In this document: piece by piece, positions 26,124-39,900 of the stretch
Position numbering within the stretch: the first letter of the stretch is position 1
Layout of the letters: every line of letters begins with the position of its first letter
Notes under the pieces: generated by a model
What the model saw: the letters and a program-made list of their open reading frames with translations, nothing else
What the model was told of the DNA's origin: nothing
The model's database searches: none
Program-made: the position numbers and the translations under genes
Origin: Laetmonice hystrix
Taxonomy: Eukaryota
DNA: 64,000 nucleotides
NCBI GenBank assembly: GCA_965235115.1
Contig: OZ249445.1
Location: 4,278,001 to 4,342,000, forward strand
Direction: 5' to 3'

Positions 26124-29100
26124 ATGATGTCGTTATCAGCCGGGATGGCGCTATGGAGCGTCACCTTGTGTCCGGCGCTACTGACTGCGGTGACGCTTGG
26201 TGTGGAGCTGAGCGAGGCGCCAGCCAGTCGGCGGCCGGGGGTGGGCGGGGGAACGCAAGGGTCAGGGACGCCATCCTCGGCGTCAGCTAGCAGCAGTAGC
26301 AGCAGCGTCATGGCAACCCGTCATAGCAACCCGCAGGTAAGCCGTAAGGTGTGACATTACATTTTTTGTTTGTTTTTGTTTTTAAATTTAACCAAGAAAC
26401 ATTACAGGTAGTAAACTATAATATTGCTGTGTCAATAGCCCCAAGGAATCGAGTACGCTTGACGTCAACAAATATAGAATAAATATGCCTGCAGCATTTC
26501 GTGCGTCTTTGAAACAATAAAATATCCTCCGTTTGATTTACACACAAGAGGATACTTTGTGGAACCAAGTGTATACATCAAGAGTAATATTGTAGCTCTG
26601 CATGCCTGTGTTCGTGCACGACTATACGGTAGGCAGCCTATTGCATGCAGCAATGTATCATTGCCCGTCAGTGACCATACGAGACAAACCAATGTTTATG
26701 CATTAATTTTCCATTGGTAATTATAACATGTTAATATATTGTAATGATGGGCGTTTTGACCTTATTTAAACAGGTCGGTGCACCCATTCCATACCCATAC
26801 CCATGCATGCAGACACTTTGAGTATTGACAAATCCGGGAAAACAAGGCCTGGAGATCCCTCCAAGTTATATTTTGCCCTGCCTCCTCTCCCCACAGGTTA
26901 TTGTGTACAGTGTAAGGAACGACACTACCAGGAGGCGTCCAGGAATACCGTGGGGAAATGTAGCTGCCATGGTAACCGTGGACCATCACGATGAACGTCT
27001 GCAAGGGGAAACACGCAGGCACCACGTTCTGTACGGACTACTCAGTTAGTATGAGCCATGTCACAATACAATTAGGTCAATAGCCTGGTGTAAATGGTCT
27101 GTTTTAATTAGTAGGCCTATGCTGGGATTTTGGTATCTATTATTTGGAGTAATTAAGTACCCTTATTATGCACAGGTGTCTCTTTATAATTTAATTGTGA
27201 TCTTTCCTTGGTATGCTAGTTACCCAGCTCGAGTTTCCCAAGTTTGGGGAGGTTGACTTCAGTATCAATGATTGGATAGAGAGTCACGTGTCCAGGATAT
27301 CCGCTGAAGGTCGCGACATTGTGCACTTTGACCTTGAGAGTATATTCAGGTCAACTGGGATGGAGGACCTCCACGCGAGAATAGGATTCCTCAGAGATTT
27401 TGTTTACGTCCTAAAGATCAACCAACCAACAATACAGGTGAGCCTTCAAGGTCATTGTGAAACTCAAGGGCATTTCTTTCTTTACGGTTCTCTGTCACAA
27501 GGTCCGCTTTGTGATTTGTGTCCATATAGGGATAGGCCTGTTGTTTTATGTTTAAACTTTATAATGATATAAGGGGTTTCAATATTGTAAGTGACGTTAG
27601 ATTTACAGCAAAGCGTAAGATGTACTATCATATAACCAGGTGGGAGCAGTCCAACATACAAGTTCCAAGGAGAGGGACTGCGCCTACCTCGTCTCCTTGG
27701 CAGAACAAGTCGACTACCTCGTTATGACGTCACAAGGTCCGCCCAACCACAGCCAATCAGGACATCGGAGACATAAGCAGATGAGCACACGTTGTGTGGC
27801 AGCTCCCGATACATCATACATCAACTACATGACAGGTTGCCATCTGGTGTTTGAATTCATGAATATATGTTTGAATATTGCATATAATGTTCATGAGCGT
27901 ACTTGTGCGGAGGTACCGGTTCCAAGTCAAAATATTCAAGGGGTATTTGCAAAAGTTGCACCGTTAGCTAACTACAAAAATAACTAACGTAACATTCATC
28001 GGCATAAAATCTAATAATTTTTAAGTCGTTGCAAGAATAAAGGACCTCTTTGGTCTCTTTATAATTTAATAGGCAAGGTTTAACTTCTGGTATTTTAGAG
28101 TTAGACCTCTGTACAGCAGTGCCCACTGTCTGTTTCAGACCTAGAGCACGTGGTGTCATGTGGAGTACCGGTGACAAAGATTGTGTCCTCGGTGACGTGG
28201 GGAGGGATCAAACATGACTGCAACAGCTACAACCCAATCGTTAGTTCGGTTTTTGTATCATCTTCATTTTATTATATCAGTATAGTACATTTACCGGTGA
28301 ATAACAAGTTTCTGACTGTCCAGCATGACTACGATATCAAACTACTACATAATATAGCACTGAGTTAATGTTGGGGGTCTGGCGTTAATTCAGTTAAATG
28401 ATGTAGAACTATGCCACGCCATATTAGACCTATGTCCTCAAGGTCTAATATATAAGGAACCCATAAAGGATGTTAAAAAGGGAACTATCTCATTGCAGGA
28501 TGAAACGTGCACCCTTGACACATGTCGTGTTCAAGGTCAAAGGCTCAGCTTTACTGAAGTGATTGAGCTGAAAGCCAAGGTCCAAAGTCAGCGACGGTGG
28601 AGTATTAACTACAAAATGCCATATTTCACCTTCCGTGTGAGTATCTGCACAAAGTCAACTTACATTTTTAATAAGGGCCCAGTGGCATTAGAGTATTATC
28701 ATTATTAGTCCAGTGTTAGTAGGCCTATATGTAAGGCGTCATTTTTCAAATGTTGAAAGGACCAAGTTAATGGAACGCGGTCTCAGATCTGGTATGAAGA
28801 CGCTGAGAGCATGCGCAGGAAATTCAATGTCGTAGCCGATCTTGACCTTCGAGGTGCGTATTGTTTGACTAAATTGAAATGATTCACTAAAATCTGAACA
28901 TGTACTGCAATATTAGTTTTATTGGACCACTTCACCCAATTCTGTTCTGTAACAATGTTTGTTTAGTTAAGGGCCTCCATGCACTAAGGACAAATTTACA
29001 AATGTTGGAATACTAAAGTACCTGTCGCATTATTATTTAATTACACACTATTTATAATTGCCTCATGGAGCCTATAGCTTTCAAACAGTCTACTCACATA

Positions 29101-29651
29101 GATATTACGTTCGTTGATCATGCGACGTAATAGAGTCTATAAGAGCGGGAATGTAGTGGGATATACCATGGTTCAGACCCCCCACACCAAACCAAATAAA
29201 ACTCAGGCTACTTCCATTTTATTAGGAGTGGCAATATGGCCTGGGGACGGCCTCAGATCGTCAATAGAAGACAAAGCATCCACGGTTGCTAGTCATGAGA
29301 TGTGGCAGGTGGTTGGTTGGAAACAGTCCCGATGTCAGGAGAAGTCCCCGCCACCAGTACCACACAAACATCACCACCAGCATGGTAAGCACAACGATCC
29401 CAGGACGTTAATGTGGGGACTCCTAATAATGGTTTCTTTGTTTATCTCCCAGCAAAAACTACCTATTTAACCTGCAATGATATCATGATTATGTTTCAGC
29501 GAAACTACTCGTAGCAGCTCTCTGCGCTTCGTTCCTTGGATATCTGCTAGGGGGAGCCACCGTATTATGCGTTTCTCGCAATTTAAGGGTTGGAAAAGGC
29601 AGTGCACGCAGTACGGAGGAGACAGAAGCATTAGGAGCTGTGCTGGGCTGA
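26124..29651 (+). CDS. Divergent di-N-acetylchitobiase (CTBS)-like GH18 protein with signal peptide, His-rich stalk and C-terminal TM helix, about 470 aa
   Basis: Exons 26124-26336, 26897-27044, 27220-27437, 27640-27835, 28139-28239, 28499-28636, 28760-28853, 29226-29384, 29500-29651, all phases compatible (the donor at 27836, GTTGCC, is weak). Collinear with CTBS: DWIESHV..RDIVHFDLE (cf. MDGINIDIE), LAEQVDYLVM, KIVSSVTWGG..C, W..YKMPYF, QIWYEDAES, LRGVAIW, EMWQVV. Confidence 0.8.
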
Positions 29652-29988
29652 TGGAGTTGGTTGTCTGATGGTAATAGGGCTACTCCGTATGTTGCCTTAG
29701 ACTAACAATTTAAGACTTATTGGTCTCTAAGATGTTGCTTACCAAATTGATATTATGTTACTACATTGTATATGGTTGAGAGATCGGTTCCCACATTATT
29801 GATGTTCTGTGTCCCATACAATCAAAGATCACGGTTTGTGCCTCCCCCATACACATGTCTTTATGGTCTGACGGCATTGTCCAAACTCGTACTTGCGCAG
29901 ATACATAATACGCCAGAAATACATCACAATTGAACAAAGTCAATTTCTCTGTAGGCCTACTTTGTAGACCTGTACACAATGCGCCCGC

Positions 29989-31515
29989 ATGAATAGACCT
30001 AATAGAGATAGACTCTTGTATTCTTGTACACCGACAACCAATAGCTCAGACAGTCAGCTACAAACAAGTTCGACTATTAGAACACTGAGGGAAATGGAGT
30101 CTTCAATTGATCTTGCCACGACGAAGTTCCCATGGCGTGTTTTCGGCGTCGTGTTGGCAGTTCAGGTTTACGGTCTTCTCGTCGGCTTCAGCAGGGGTTC
30201 AGTGTTAGATCCAAGGATAGGGATAGGGCCAGGTCCCCCGCCGTCCACCCAAACAACTCTGGTCGGCACGGCAATGTTCGCGGGGGGTACAATAACTGGG
30301 ACATTAACTCTGTTGCTGGGCGACAGGTTAGGACGCAGGAGGCTGATCATAACTTCAGGTTTTATCATGCTGTGTGGTTGGATCGTGGTATCCTCAGCAG
30401 GCACCAGCTGCACCGCGCTCTACTGTATCGGCCACGTTTCAATTGGACTTTCAGTTTTTATGTCCTCCATTATGGTTCCTGTGTACGTCGCGGAAATCTC
30501 GCCTGCAAGATACCGTGGAGGGTTCTCAGTTATAAACCTGCTGTTTGACTACATCGGTGTGACCCTGGCCCACGTCCAGTGGCGCCCTCTACCGACACTG
30601 GCCGCCGTCACATCAGGGTTAGTCGTGATCCCACTGCTGTGGATCCTTCCCGAGTCACCGCCCTGGCTCCTCGCCTGCGGTCGTGAGGATGACGCCAAAC
30701 TATCGTCTGCCTGGCTTTGCGGACGCTCACCACCTCAAACAGCAGACGACGGACGCTCAAGTCCGGTGAGAGAATACGGCCAGGGGACGCTAGCCACAGC
30801 GTCCTCCTGTCGGTCAATCACCGAATGGACAAACGCTCGATTCTATAAGCCAGCAGTTGTTAGTCTGTTTCTGTCATGGACGGAGATATTTTCATCTCGG
30901 TTTCTAGCCTCATACCTGTTAGTTACATACATGTCTCACTTTCCCAGTGACCTTCAGGTTATCCCACTAGTCATACCCCTGTCTGTGACGGTACTCGGGT
31001 GGACGGCTTCAGTTGGCAGTATTGACTGTTGGGGTAGACGACCCCTCCTGACCATCGGATTACTGCTGACCAGCGTCTGTTACGGAACGCTGGGGGTCTC
31101 CTGGGTGACACTGGCAGCGTTCGACAGACGTACCCCTGCCTGGATCGTCCGCTCCCTATTTGTTGTTCTACTCTTCGTCCGGGCCTGTTTCGTGTGGCCG
31201 GCCACGTCGGTTGCTAAGGTGGAAGTCCTCCCCATGGAGACAAGAACGCAGGTGCTCGGCTTATCGACCCTGCTCCAAACCTTGACCCAGGTGGCAGTCC
31301 TCAGACTCCTGTCCGCGGACCACATGGTCTCCATGGACGGTTACTCCATTCTCCTGGTCGCGGCCTTCGTTGACCTTATCAACGTTGCTGGAGTTCGATT
31401 CTTATTACCAGAAACCAGAGGGAAAACACTCAAGGAAATCGACGATATGTTTTCAGATCGTAGGAGTTTAATTGGACAAAAACGAGTAGTTCTACTGGAG
31501 AAAACTTATAACTAA
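29989..31515 (+). CDS. MFS sugar-porter family transporter (Tret1/GLUT8-like, divergent), single exon, 508 aa
   Basis: Motifs GDRLGRR, VPVYVAEISPARYRG, LPESPPWL, IDCWGRRPLL, EVLP, LPETRGKTLKEID and many hydrophobic segments. The true start could be the later Met (MESSIDL). Confidence 0.88.
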   Translation: MNRPNRDRLLYSCTPTTNSSDSQLQTSSTIRTLREMESSIDLATTKFPWRVFGVVLAVQVYGLLVGFSRGSVLDPRIGIGPGPPPSTQTTLVGTAMFAGGTITGTLTLLLGDRLGRRRLIITSGFIMLCGWIVVSSAGTSCTALYCIGHVSIGLSVFMSSIMVPVYVAEISPARYRGGFSVINLLFDYIGVTLAHVQWRPLPTLAAVTSGLVVIPLLWILPESPPWLLACGREDDAKLSSAWLCGRSPPQTADDGRSSPVREYGQGTLATASSCRSITEWTNARFYKPAVVSLFLSWTEIFSSRFLASYLLVTYMSHFPSDLQVIPLVIPLSVTVLGWTASVGSIDCWGRRPLLTIGLLLTSVCYGTLGVSWVTLAAFDRRTPAWIVRSLFVVLLFVRACFVWPATSVAKVEVLPMETRTQVLGLSTLLQTLTQVAVLRLLSADHMVSMDGYSILLVAAFVDLINVAGVRFLLPETRGKTLKEIDDMFSDRRSLIGQKRVVLLEKTYN

Positions 31516-31530
31516 ATTCATTCAGATGTC

Positions 31531-31700
31531 TTAAAGCTGCACTGTCCTCGTAATTTGTCAGCCAACAGAATTGAACGGTTGTAACGGTGTCTGCTCGGCC
31601 AACAACGCCTGATAGAGGACAGAAAATGGCAAAACTCCATCAAAACATAGAACGGGTATCTCTTTTGCCATTTTGCTATTTGAGGACAGTGCAGCTTTAA
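31531..31700. mobile_element. TTAA-flanked MITE (170 bp), Kolobok/piggyBac-type ends
   Basis: ttaaagctgcactgtcctc ... gaggacagtgcagctttaa: perfect 19-bp inverted ends including TTAA. Confidence 0.8.
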
Positions 31701-31815
31701 ATGGGCTATGTGCGTGGAGACTTGCCCACACCATGAACCACCTAGTGGGTACTTAGAGAACTGTTAGACCTATGAAGCGGGTGTTGTCTCCAAGAGGCAG
31801 CAGGAAAACCCACAG

Positions 31816-32220
31816 CATTCCAGTTGTAGTTTCCCCACAATCAAGGTCTACTTTAAGGCAAGATATATTCAATAATAAAGCAATCAGCGAGTATCTCCAA
31901 TCTAATTAAAATTAGATCTTGGTATTCTGCGTCTCTCTTGGCTGTGTCAGTGTTGCCGCGCTCCATACCTAGATCTAAGGACATCCCATCAGGGGTCACC
32001 TCAGGTTGACCTCTGGATTCAGCCAATCAGCGAGTCGCCTACGAAATCTTCGGTGTGCGCTCGTAGGCATTTTCAACGGCACACTTGAATCTGGGTCAAA
32101 GGGCAGCCTGAGGTCCTAGTATGGAGCGCATTTTAATTAGATTGCGAGTAGACTCTATCTCTTATTTCAATCGGTTCTTAGCCCGATGAAATTCATTGGC
32201 GACAGCAGGCAACTGGAATG
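31816..32220. mobile_element. Degenerate foldback/palindromic element
   Basis: Nested inverted pairs: cattccagttg/caactggaatg, aatctaattaaaat/attttaattagatt, gcgctccatac/gtatggagcgc. Confidence 0.55.
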
Positions 32221-33990
32221 TTGAATTTCTTTAGATTTCCCCATTTCTCGAGTATATATATTTATTGATTTATGTAGTCTGATGCCTTATCTAGCCTGTC
32301 AGCCCATGTCTGCATTTTGGAGTTAATGAAGCCGATTGCTTTAAGGGATGTTTTCTCATTAGCAGCAACTTAAGCCAATGGATTACCGATCTTGGTTTAA
32401 CTATTATGTGATAGGCCTATATGGTCCATTCCACCCAGTTCCGGTACCCCTGCCATAAACTTATTGACCGGATTTATAGATTTGGTGAGGCCATAGTCTC
32501 TCTCTTAGCTCATTAATCTTCCTAATAAAGCCTACATTTTGTCAGAAGCCTCGCGTTTATGTCAATATTTGTACTGATATGGTGTTTTTATTGGATACCC
32601 ATACACTTACGCAAGAATATCACTATACCTAGTTCCCGCGGTCACCGCGTGGTGTCGCGCTGTGGCCTGTGACTCCGGCTGTGTGAGCGCATGCGCCTGG
32701 GACGTTTCGAGTCGTTCGGCGCGGCATGCAGTCCGTTATATGGGTGCTGCACGTGCCTAGACACAACACTACCTTCTAGGGTTACCCACGATGAGACATT
32801 GAGAGGGTTCTCCCCCAGTTCAGAAAGGGGATTTCGAGTGAGCACAGAAGAAAGCTAGGTTTACAAGACTTAGAGCGTGGGGGAAGCATGAGGTCGCAAA
32901 CAATGAACATAGACCTAGGCCTAGTTTAGTCTTGAAGACCATAATAACAAGAAGACTACATCCCGAGAGATAGTCCTAATTCGATACCTGCCGCCGAGCG
33001 GCCAGAACTGGTCTCAGGCCTGTAACCAGGAACTAATTGTAGAGAAAGCTTTTACGTCCACGTCTAAAATCCCCCACCATATAGGCCTACCTTTAAACAA
33101 ATGTTATGTAGACCTAACTGACTTTTAATTGGGAGTGGAAGTAGGGGGATAAGATTGGCATTGTAAGTCTAGGTTTTTACAGTAGAATTAGTGGATACCT
33201 AGTGTGTTCTACAGCCATTGGACAACACCCACCATGAGTCTCAACAAATGTCAGCAAGAGCAGATCGCTAACTGAGTTCAAGGGCCTAACTATATGACTA
33301 GGGTTATGACATGACAGATTAAGCATGTCAGATATGAATGCATAATATTTAAGCAATTATGCCTATAGATCTATACAGGTCATGGGCTGAAGCGATGTTT
33401 GAGCTGACCGACGGACGTGGCCGTCAGTCCCGTCCCCCAGGCTCCCCACCCCCCGCTCCCCCCGGGGCCCCCACCGACCCGCCCGCCCGCGCCAACCAGC
33501 TCGATCCAGTGCCGGCGGGGGCGGCTTGCAGGCCCCGCCGGTCACAGTATCAGGTGTCTGGGTGGGGACTCGACCGCCAGATCAGCACAGCATCACGGCA
33601 GGTTCATGTCACAGCAGAAATACGTGGAAATAACAGAAACCCTGCCAACAACTGCACCTAATGAGCGAAAACAGCCCCCTCCCCTGAACACATAGCCAAC
33701 TATACGGTACCCGGGTTTGTGAGGGCAGTCTGCCAATAGCGGATAAACCTAGTACCAATAAGTGCCGCTAGGGGGCAGGTAAAGTAACAGCCGGTGTGTT
33801 GAGCGGGCTGTCGACGATCGCGAGGCCCAGTGTCTGGTTCTCTGTCGTCTGCTAACCAACTGTCTGAGACGCTGTTCCACCCAAACAAAGACAACGCCGT
33901 CCGTATCGTCACTTTGATCGGTTCTACTCTGCACGGGGGGACCACCTCGTGTCCCGGGTGTCACAGGGGACGTGGAGGACAGGGGCAGGC

Positions 33991-36900
33991 ATGATGTCGG
34001 GTATTTTCCTGTGGAACCTGCTGACCCAGGCGTACAGTCCGAGCGCCACCTACTCCGGGCCCCAGCCACACATCGTCCTCCTGGTCGCCGATGATCTTGG
34101 TAATTGTACAGTACCGTTATCAGAATGGTCAAGTAGATTATGTACCGCCCCATGGTATAACGAAGACCTTGGTTGTGTTTTGACGAACTGAAGTTAGTTT
34201 AATTCGATCTCTCTACACTGACAAATGTTGCTAACTACGTGAAAAAACACGTGCGTCTCCCTCGGAGCGGTAGGCGATAATTCAGTCCTTCAAAGACGCG
34301 ACTACCACCTTCAGTACAACCCTAAAACGCGCGACTATAAATTTCAGTACGTACGATCGTCACACTCCCACCAATCACATTCACGTACAAACAACTATAC
34401 CTTTAAACATGTGATTCAAAACAAAAACTGAATGCCATTGAAGGCTTACACTAATACTAGAGTTGCAATAAAGTCATATAAGAATGTTCTCTGGGGTAAA
34501 TAAATCTTCTCATTATAAGAATGTTCGCTTGGTTAAATAAATGACCTCATTAAACTTAGGTCTCTAACTAGATCGCATCTGTCCGTTGGCATCAAACGAG
34601 AGAGAAAGAAGTTAAGTCATTCAGCTTCCAGCAGCACTGTCACTTTCTGTACAGGCCTTTCCAGGACCGTGGGCTGGCCGGTTCGCTTCCCAGCCTTATC
34701 CAGAACGGCCGGCATCCTGACCTTCACTCTCCGCACAAGTCCGTCATCACTTGCCGTGGTTTGCACAACTCGACCCAGTGGCCACCTATTCCTCCCAACT
34801 TCCTCCGTACAGACCAGAACTATGTCTCCAACCTTTACATTGCGTCGCGTCTTGTGCCACTTTGATCTGAGCTGTATGCTGCTCAAATACTCCTTTTTCC
34901 ATCTTGACCAAAATTGTTCACACAAAAACTGCACCTTCCTCCACCGTTTCTTGATATACAGGTCTTGTCGCACGAAGCTTCCTGGTGGGGGCATAGCCAC
35001 CTTACTTTTCATGGTCAGGATGTGGTTCGGCGTGAGTGGTTCCAAAGCTGTAGGATCGTTCAGTGTATCCGTAGTAAGCGGCCGACTATTCACGATTGAC
35101 ATGACCTCGTAGAGCAGGGTTCGAAGGGTTGAGGTGTCGAGACGACCGGCTGCTTCTTTCAGCAGTGTCGTTAGGATGCTCCGTACCGTTCGGATCTGGC
35201 GTTCCCAGAACCCTCCACAATGGCTGGCGTGAGGTGGATTGAAAGTGAATGTGCACTGTTGATCTGCCAAGAAACCTTCCACCCTTTCTGGGTCCAACTC
35301 CTTAAATGCTTCTGCCAGCTCGCCTGCTGCCCCAATGAAGTTGGTTCCCTGATCTGAGTGTAGTGTCGACACTGGCCCTCGAATGGCGATCAAGCACCTC
35401 AGCCCGTTGATGAAACAATCGGTGGTCATATCGTCTATTACCTCAAGGTGAACAGCACGGGAACATTTGCAGGTGAATATCAGCCCGTAACGCTTGACCT
35501 CCCTTCGTCCTTCCTTGACCACTATGGGGCCGAAACAGTCCATGCCAGTGTGGGTAAAAGGTGGAGTAGGTTCGATCCTTTCTTCGGGGAGGTCCGCCAT
35601 GCGCTGCTCCTCTAAAGGCCGACGCTTCTTCCGACATTCCACACACCAAAATATTGCACTCGAAACCGTTTTCGCACCACCCAGCACCCAATATCCGTTT
35701 GCTCTCAATGTATTGAGAGTCATTCCCTTGCCACTGTGGTTGGTTTGCTCATGGTAGTGTGCAAGGATCAGGTTCGTAATATGGGCACCCTTCGGCAGTA
35801 TTGCGGGGTGCTTAACACAAAGGGGTGATGTGGTCTTTCTGAGCCTCCCACCAACTCTCAGCACTCCATCCACTAGAACCGGGTCTAAGTTAGCCAGACG
35901 GTTTTTCCTTGGCAGACCGGGTGGTTGACTGAGCATTGCCTTCTCTTCCTTGAATTCCTGCTGTTGGAGTACTCTGACGAGCAACATTTCTGCCTTTCGT
36001 CTCTCTTCTACCGTGCTCATCTCCGAATGGGACCCTCCAGTGGCGCGACGGACCAGTCGAGCCACGACCTTGCAGACTAACTTCCAACTGGAGAACCTTT
36101 CGAGTCTGGTCAGCAGTGGATGCGAAGCTTCAGATCCGGTGGTAAGGAGTGAGTGGACCCTGACCTCAGGATCTCCCAAGTCTATTCCCAAGACAGGCTC
36201 CTCGAAAAACCTGAGTTCCTGCTCCTGCAAAAAGGTAGGTCCATTGAACCAACAAGACCGGTTCAACTCTTCAACAGCTTGACCTCTGGATGAGATGTCG
36301 GCAGGGTTGAACTCCGAAGGAACATAGTGCCATTGTGAAACCTCAGTTTGGGACCGTATGATCTCCACTCGATTGGCGACAAACGTGTGAAATTTCCTGC
36401 CTTCGTTTTGTATGTATGCCAACACCACTCTTGAGTCTGTCCAGAAGTGTTCAACCAGTTGTTCATATTGCAGCTCTCTCCCCAGCATCACACTTATTTT
36501 CACGGCTACCGTTGCTGCAGTAAGCTCTAGTCGTGGTATAGTGACGACCTTCGTGGGGGCAACCCGGGCCTTCCCAAAGACCAGGCTACAGTAGACACCT
36601 TCCTCAGTGACAAATCTCAGGTACGAACAAGTTCCATACCCTACAACACTGGCGTCCGAGAAATGGTGCAGTTCGATCACGACAGTGTCATCAACAAGGT
36701 TTGGGCAGAAGCATCTGGGAATCCTTATGTTGATCAGCTCCTTTAGACTCGACTTCCACGCCTCCCACTCGGGTTGCAAATCTGCAGGTAGGGTGTCGTC
36801 CCACCCGACCTTTCGTCTGCACATTTCCTGCAGAATCCGTTTACCGACTAGTATGAATGGGGCGACGAAGCCAAGCGGATCATACACTGATGCTACCATG

Positions 36901-39900
36901 GCTAATATACCGCGTCTTGTGGGAGGGCGTTCCTGAGGTGAGACGGAGAAGGTCAGGGTGTCCGAGTCCAGAGACCATTGAACTCCCAGAGCTCTCTCCA
37001 TGTGACCATCTTCAAGGTCTAAATCCTTGACTGCGGCTCTTTCCGATGATGCAATACTTGCCATCAACTCTTGACTGTTGGAAACAAACTTGTGCAAGTG
37101 CACCCCTCCTTTCCTGCACAGCTCCTGAGCCTCCCTGACTAGACATATGCCATCTTCAACAGTACGCACGCTCACGAGACCGTCGTCCACATAGAAATTG
37201 TTTCTAATGAACTCTGCTGCCTGAGGATAATCCGTGTCATACTTGTTGGCGATGTACTTCAGTCCATATATGGCGCAAGCAGGACTGGACCCAGCCCCGA
37301 ACAGGTGGACTCTCATTCTGTACACTTGAGGTTCGCTGTCTATGTTGCCATCCTCCCACCATAAGAACCTCAGGAGGTCTCTATCCTCGGGTCGGACAAG
37401 GAACTGGTGAAACATCCGCTCTATGTCACCGACGAATGCCACTGGATGTTTCCTAAACCTACAGAGGACTCCCACCAGAGGATTGTTCAGTTCAGGCCCT
37501 TTCAACAGGCAGTCATTGAGGGAGACACCCTGCTGTCTGGCTGAGCAGTCGAACACAACTCTAAATTTGTTAGGCCTTTTGGGGTGGTACACCCCATGGT
37601 GGGGAATGTAGTTTACTCGCCCGACTGCTCCTTCATTTGTGACACGCTCGGCCTCGCCTTTCTCGAGCACATCCGCCATAAATGCTCTATAATCAGCGGC
37701 ATAACTTGCGTTGCCTTTGAACTTCCGTCTGAGGTGTTCCAGCCTTATCTCCGCCATCCGTCTGTTGTTAGGCATGGATATAGTTGGTGACTTTACAGGC
37801 AGAGGCATTTCCACATGCCCATCTCCCCTTTGACGTGCCTGTTCACTCATGATCTTTACAAACAAGATGTCCTGCTGTGAAACCTTTTTCTCAGTGACAT
37901 ATTCATTTTCCACGAAATCAGACTCCAAGGCATTTATGACTTCACGAGGCGATATCACTGGAGCCTCCCTTGTAGAGATTCGATGACAAATGCCAGACTG
38001 TCGATCCAAGCAGGGGTTAGACATGCCGACCACACTCCATCCCAAATCTGTCTTTTGGGCGAACGGCTCCGATTCACTTCCCCCGATGACTTCGCGTGGA
38101 GTGAGAGCCCTGGGGCAGTCATAGCCAATTAGCAATCCAACCTCGCATGACTGTAGTGGCGGGACTTCATGTGCAATGTGACGCAAGTGGGGCCACTGTG
38201 AGGTGGTATGACAGGTGGGTATGTGCGACTTGTCGACGGGGATGTAGTCCCGGGTGTAGACTGTGGGTAGACCGACTCTTATCTCTGACCGCATGCCGCG
38301 AACCTGTAACCCTTCCAGCCGTTTGCAGTTTACTTCTGTGCCCGTCGACGTCATGGTACTGAGTTTCAGCTTCACTGGGGTACCCCCATGACACAACATC
38401 TGGCTAACCTCATCTAACACGAAAGTAGTGTCGCTCTGGGTGTCTAGAAGGGCGTACACTAGACACTCCTCATCAGGCTGCCCTACGTGCGACAACCATA
38501 CAGGTACGATGCTCGATGTCACTGGCAGCCGTTTGACACTGTGGGATATGGCTTGGGGTCCTGCCGGTCCTGTCTCCTTTACTTCTCCCCTCTTCCTCTC
38601 CTCATGCAAACAGGTCGGATGTCGTCCTTTACAGGTTTTGCATGTGTGACGTCTCCGGCAGTCGCTGGAAAAATGCCCTTTCCTCAAGCAGCCAAAACAA
38701 AGATGATTTGACCGAATAAACTCCCTCTTTTCGGGCATCTCCCTTCCTGCAAACTTAGCACACGCTGCTACGGCATGGTTGATGTCCTGGCAAAACATGC
38801 AAGGTGACTTGGGAGTAGTGTCGAGTTTTCCAGAGGCCTGAGCCGACTGACGTGACCCCACAGGCTGTGTCGATACCTTGACTTGAGATGGCTCACGGGC
38901 TCGTGATTCACCTTTCACGACGAATATGTTTGCTTCTTCTACCCCATCAGTGGCCAGACTTCTTCCTTTGGTTTCTCTGGTAGATACCTTTCCTCCTTTG
39001 TCCAACGACTTGAGGAGGTATGGCGAACAAACTGGGTTGCACACAACTCTGGCTTCTCCCTTTAAGAACTGGACGAATGTATGGAAATTGGGGTACGACT
39101 GGGTTTTTTCCATCTTCCCGACAACAACCCGATTCCAACGTGTCACTAGCCATTCAGGCAGCTTTTCCAGTATCTTCCTGTTTTCCTCACAGTCACTGAG
39201 GATCTCCAAGCCAGGGATATGTGGGATGGCACTCGACGTGGCAAACAAAAAGTCGCTGAAATCCCGTAACCCATAGACATCTTTGGCTCCCACCTTAGGC
39301 CACTTAGCTATTTTATCTCTGTAGGCCTCCTTTATCAGGAACACGTCCCCGAACCTTTCTTCCAGCACCCTCCATGCCTCGTAGTAGGCTCCCTCAGAAT
39401 CATGGTAGAAGAATCCTTCAATTGCCTTCCTTGCTTGGCCAGTTAAGTACTCCCTCAGATAATACATCTTTTCGCTCGCGCTAAGGCCCTTGCCCTCCAC
39501 CAGTGCGTCAAATGTCAGCTTCCATTCTACGAACCCAAGTGGGTCTCCAGAGAACACAGTTGGCTTAGCAGGAGGAAGTCTGCTGGCAGCAATGGACTCG
39601 CTGAACAGCCTAGCCAGCATGGTTATGTCCCCTCGAGGCTGTGGTGGTGTCCCAAAGTGTGGTTCACCTTGATCTACATGTGGCACCTCGTCTACAAAGT
39701 TTGTCACTTGGGGGATAGGCTGAACATCTGGATGGATAGGACTGTGGCGTGGAGTTGCAGGTTGGAAGCTAGGGGCAAGTGGATTCATGTTGGATGGCGT
39801 GTCCCGTCGCAGCCTTCCCTCTCTCGTCTCCATCGAACCCTCATCACAGGCCTCCTCTAAGACTTTAGATCTGGCCTCTGCTGCTTTAACATTGGCCTGA

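Noticed and set aside
26773-26994. Cys-rich frame GYCVQCKERH..CSCH overlapping chitobiase-like exon 2
   Set aside because: The other frame joins flanking exons and aligns with CTBS; this frame stops early.
32630-33700. GC-rich segments with Pro-rich ORFs between the transporter and the sulfatase
   Set aside because: Low-complexity ORFs typical of promoter-like DNA; no coherent gene model.
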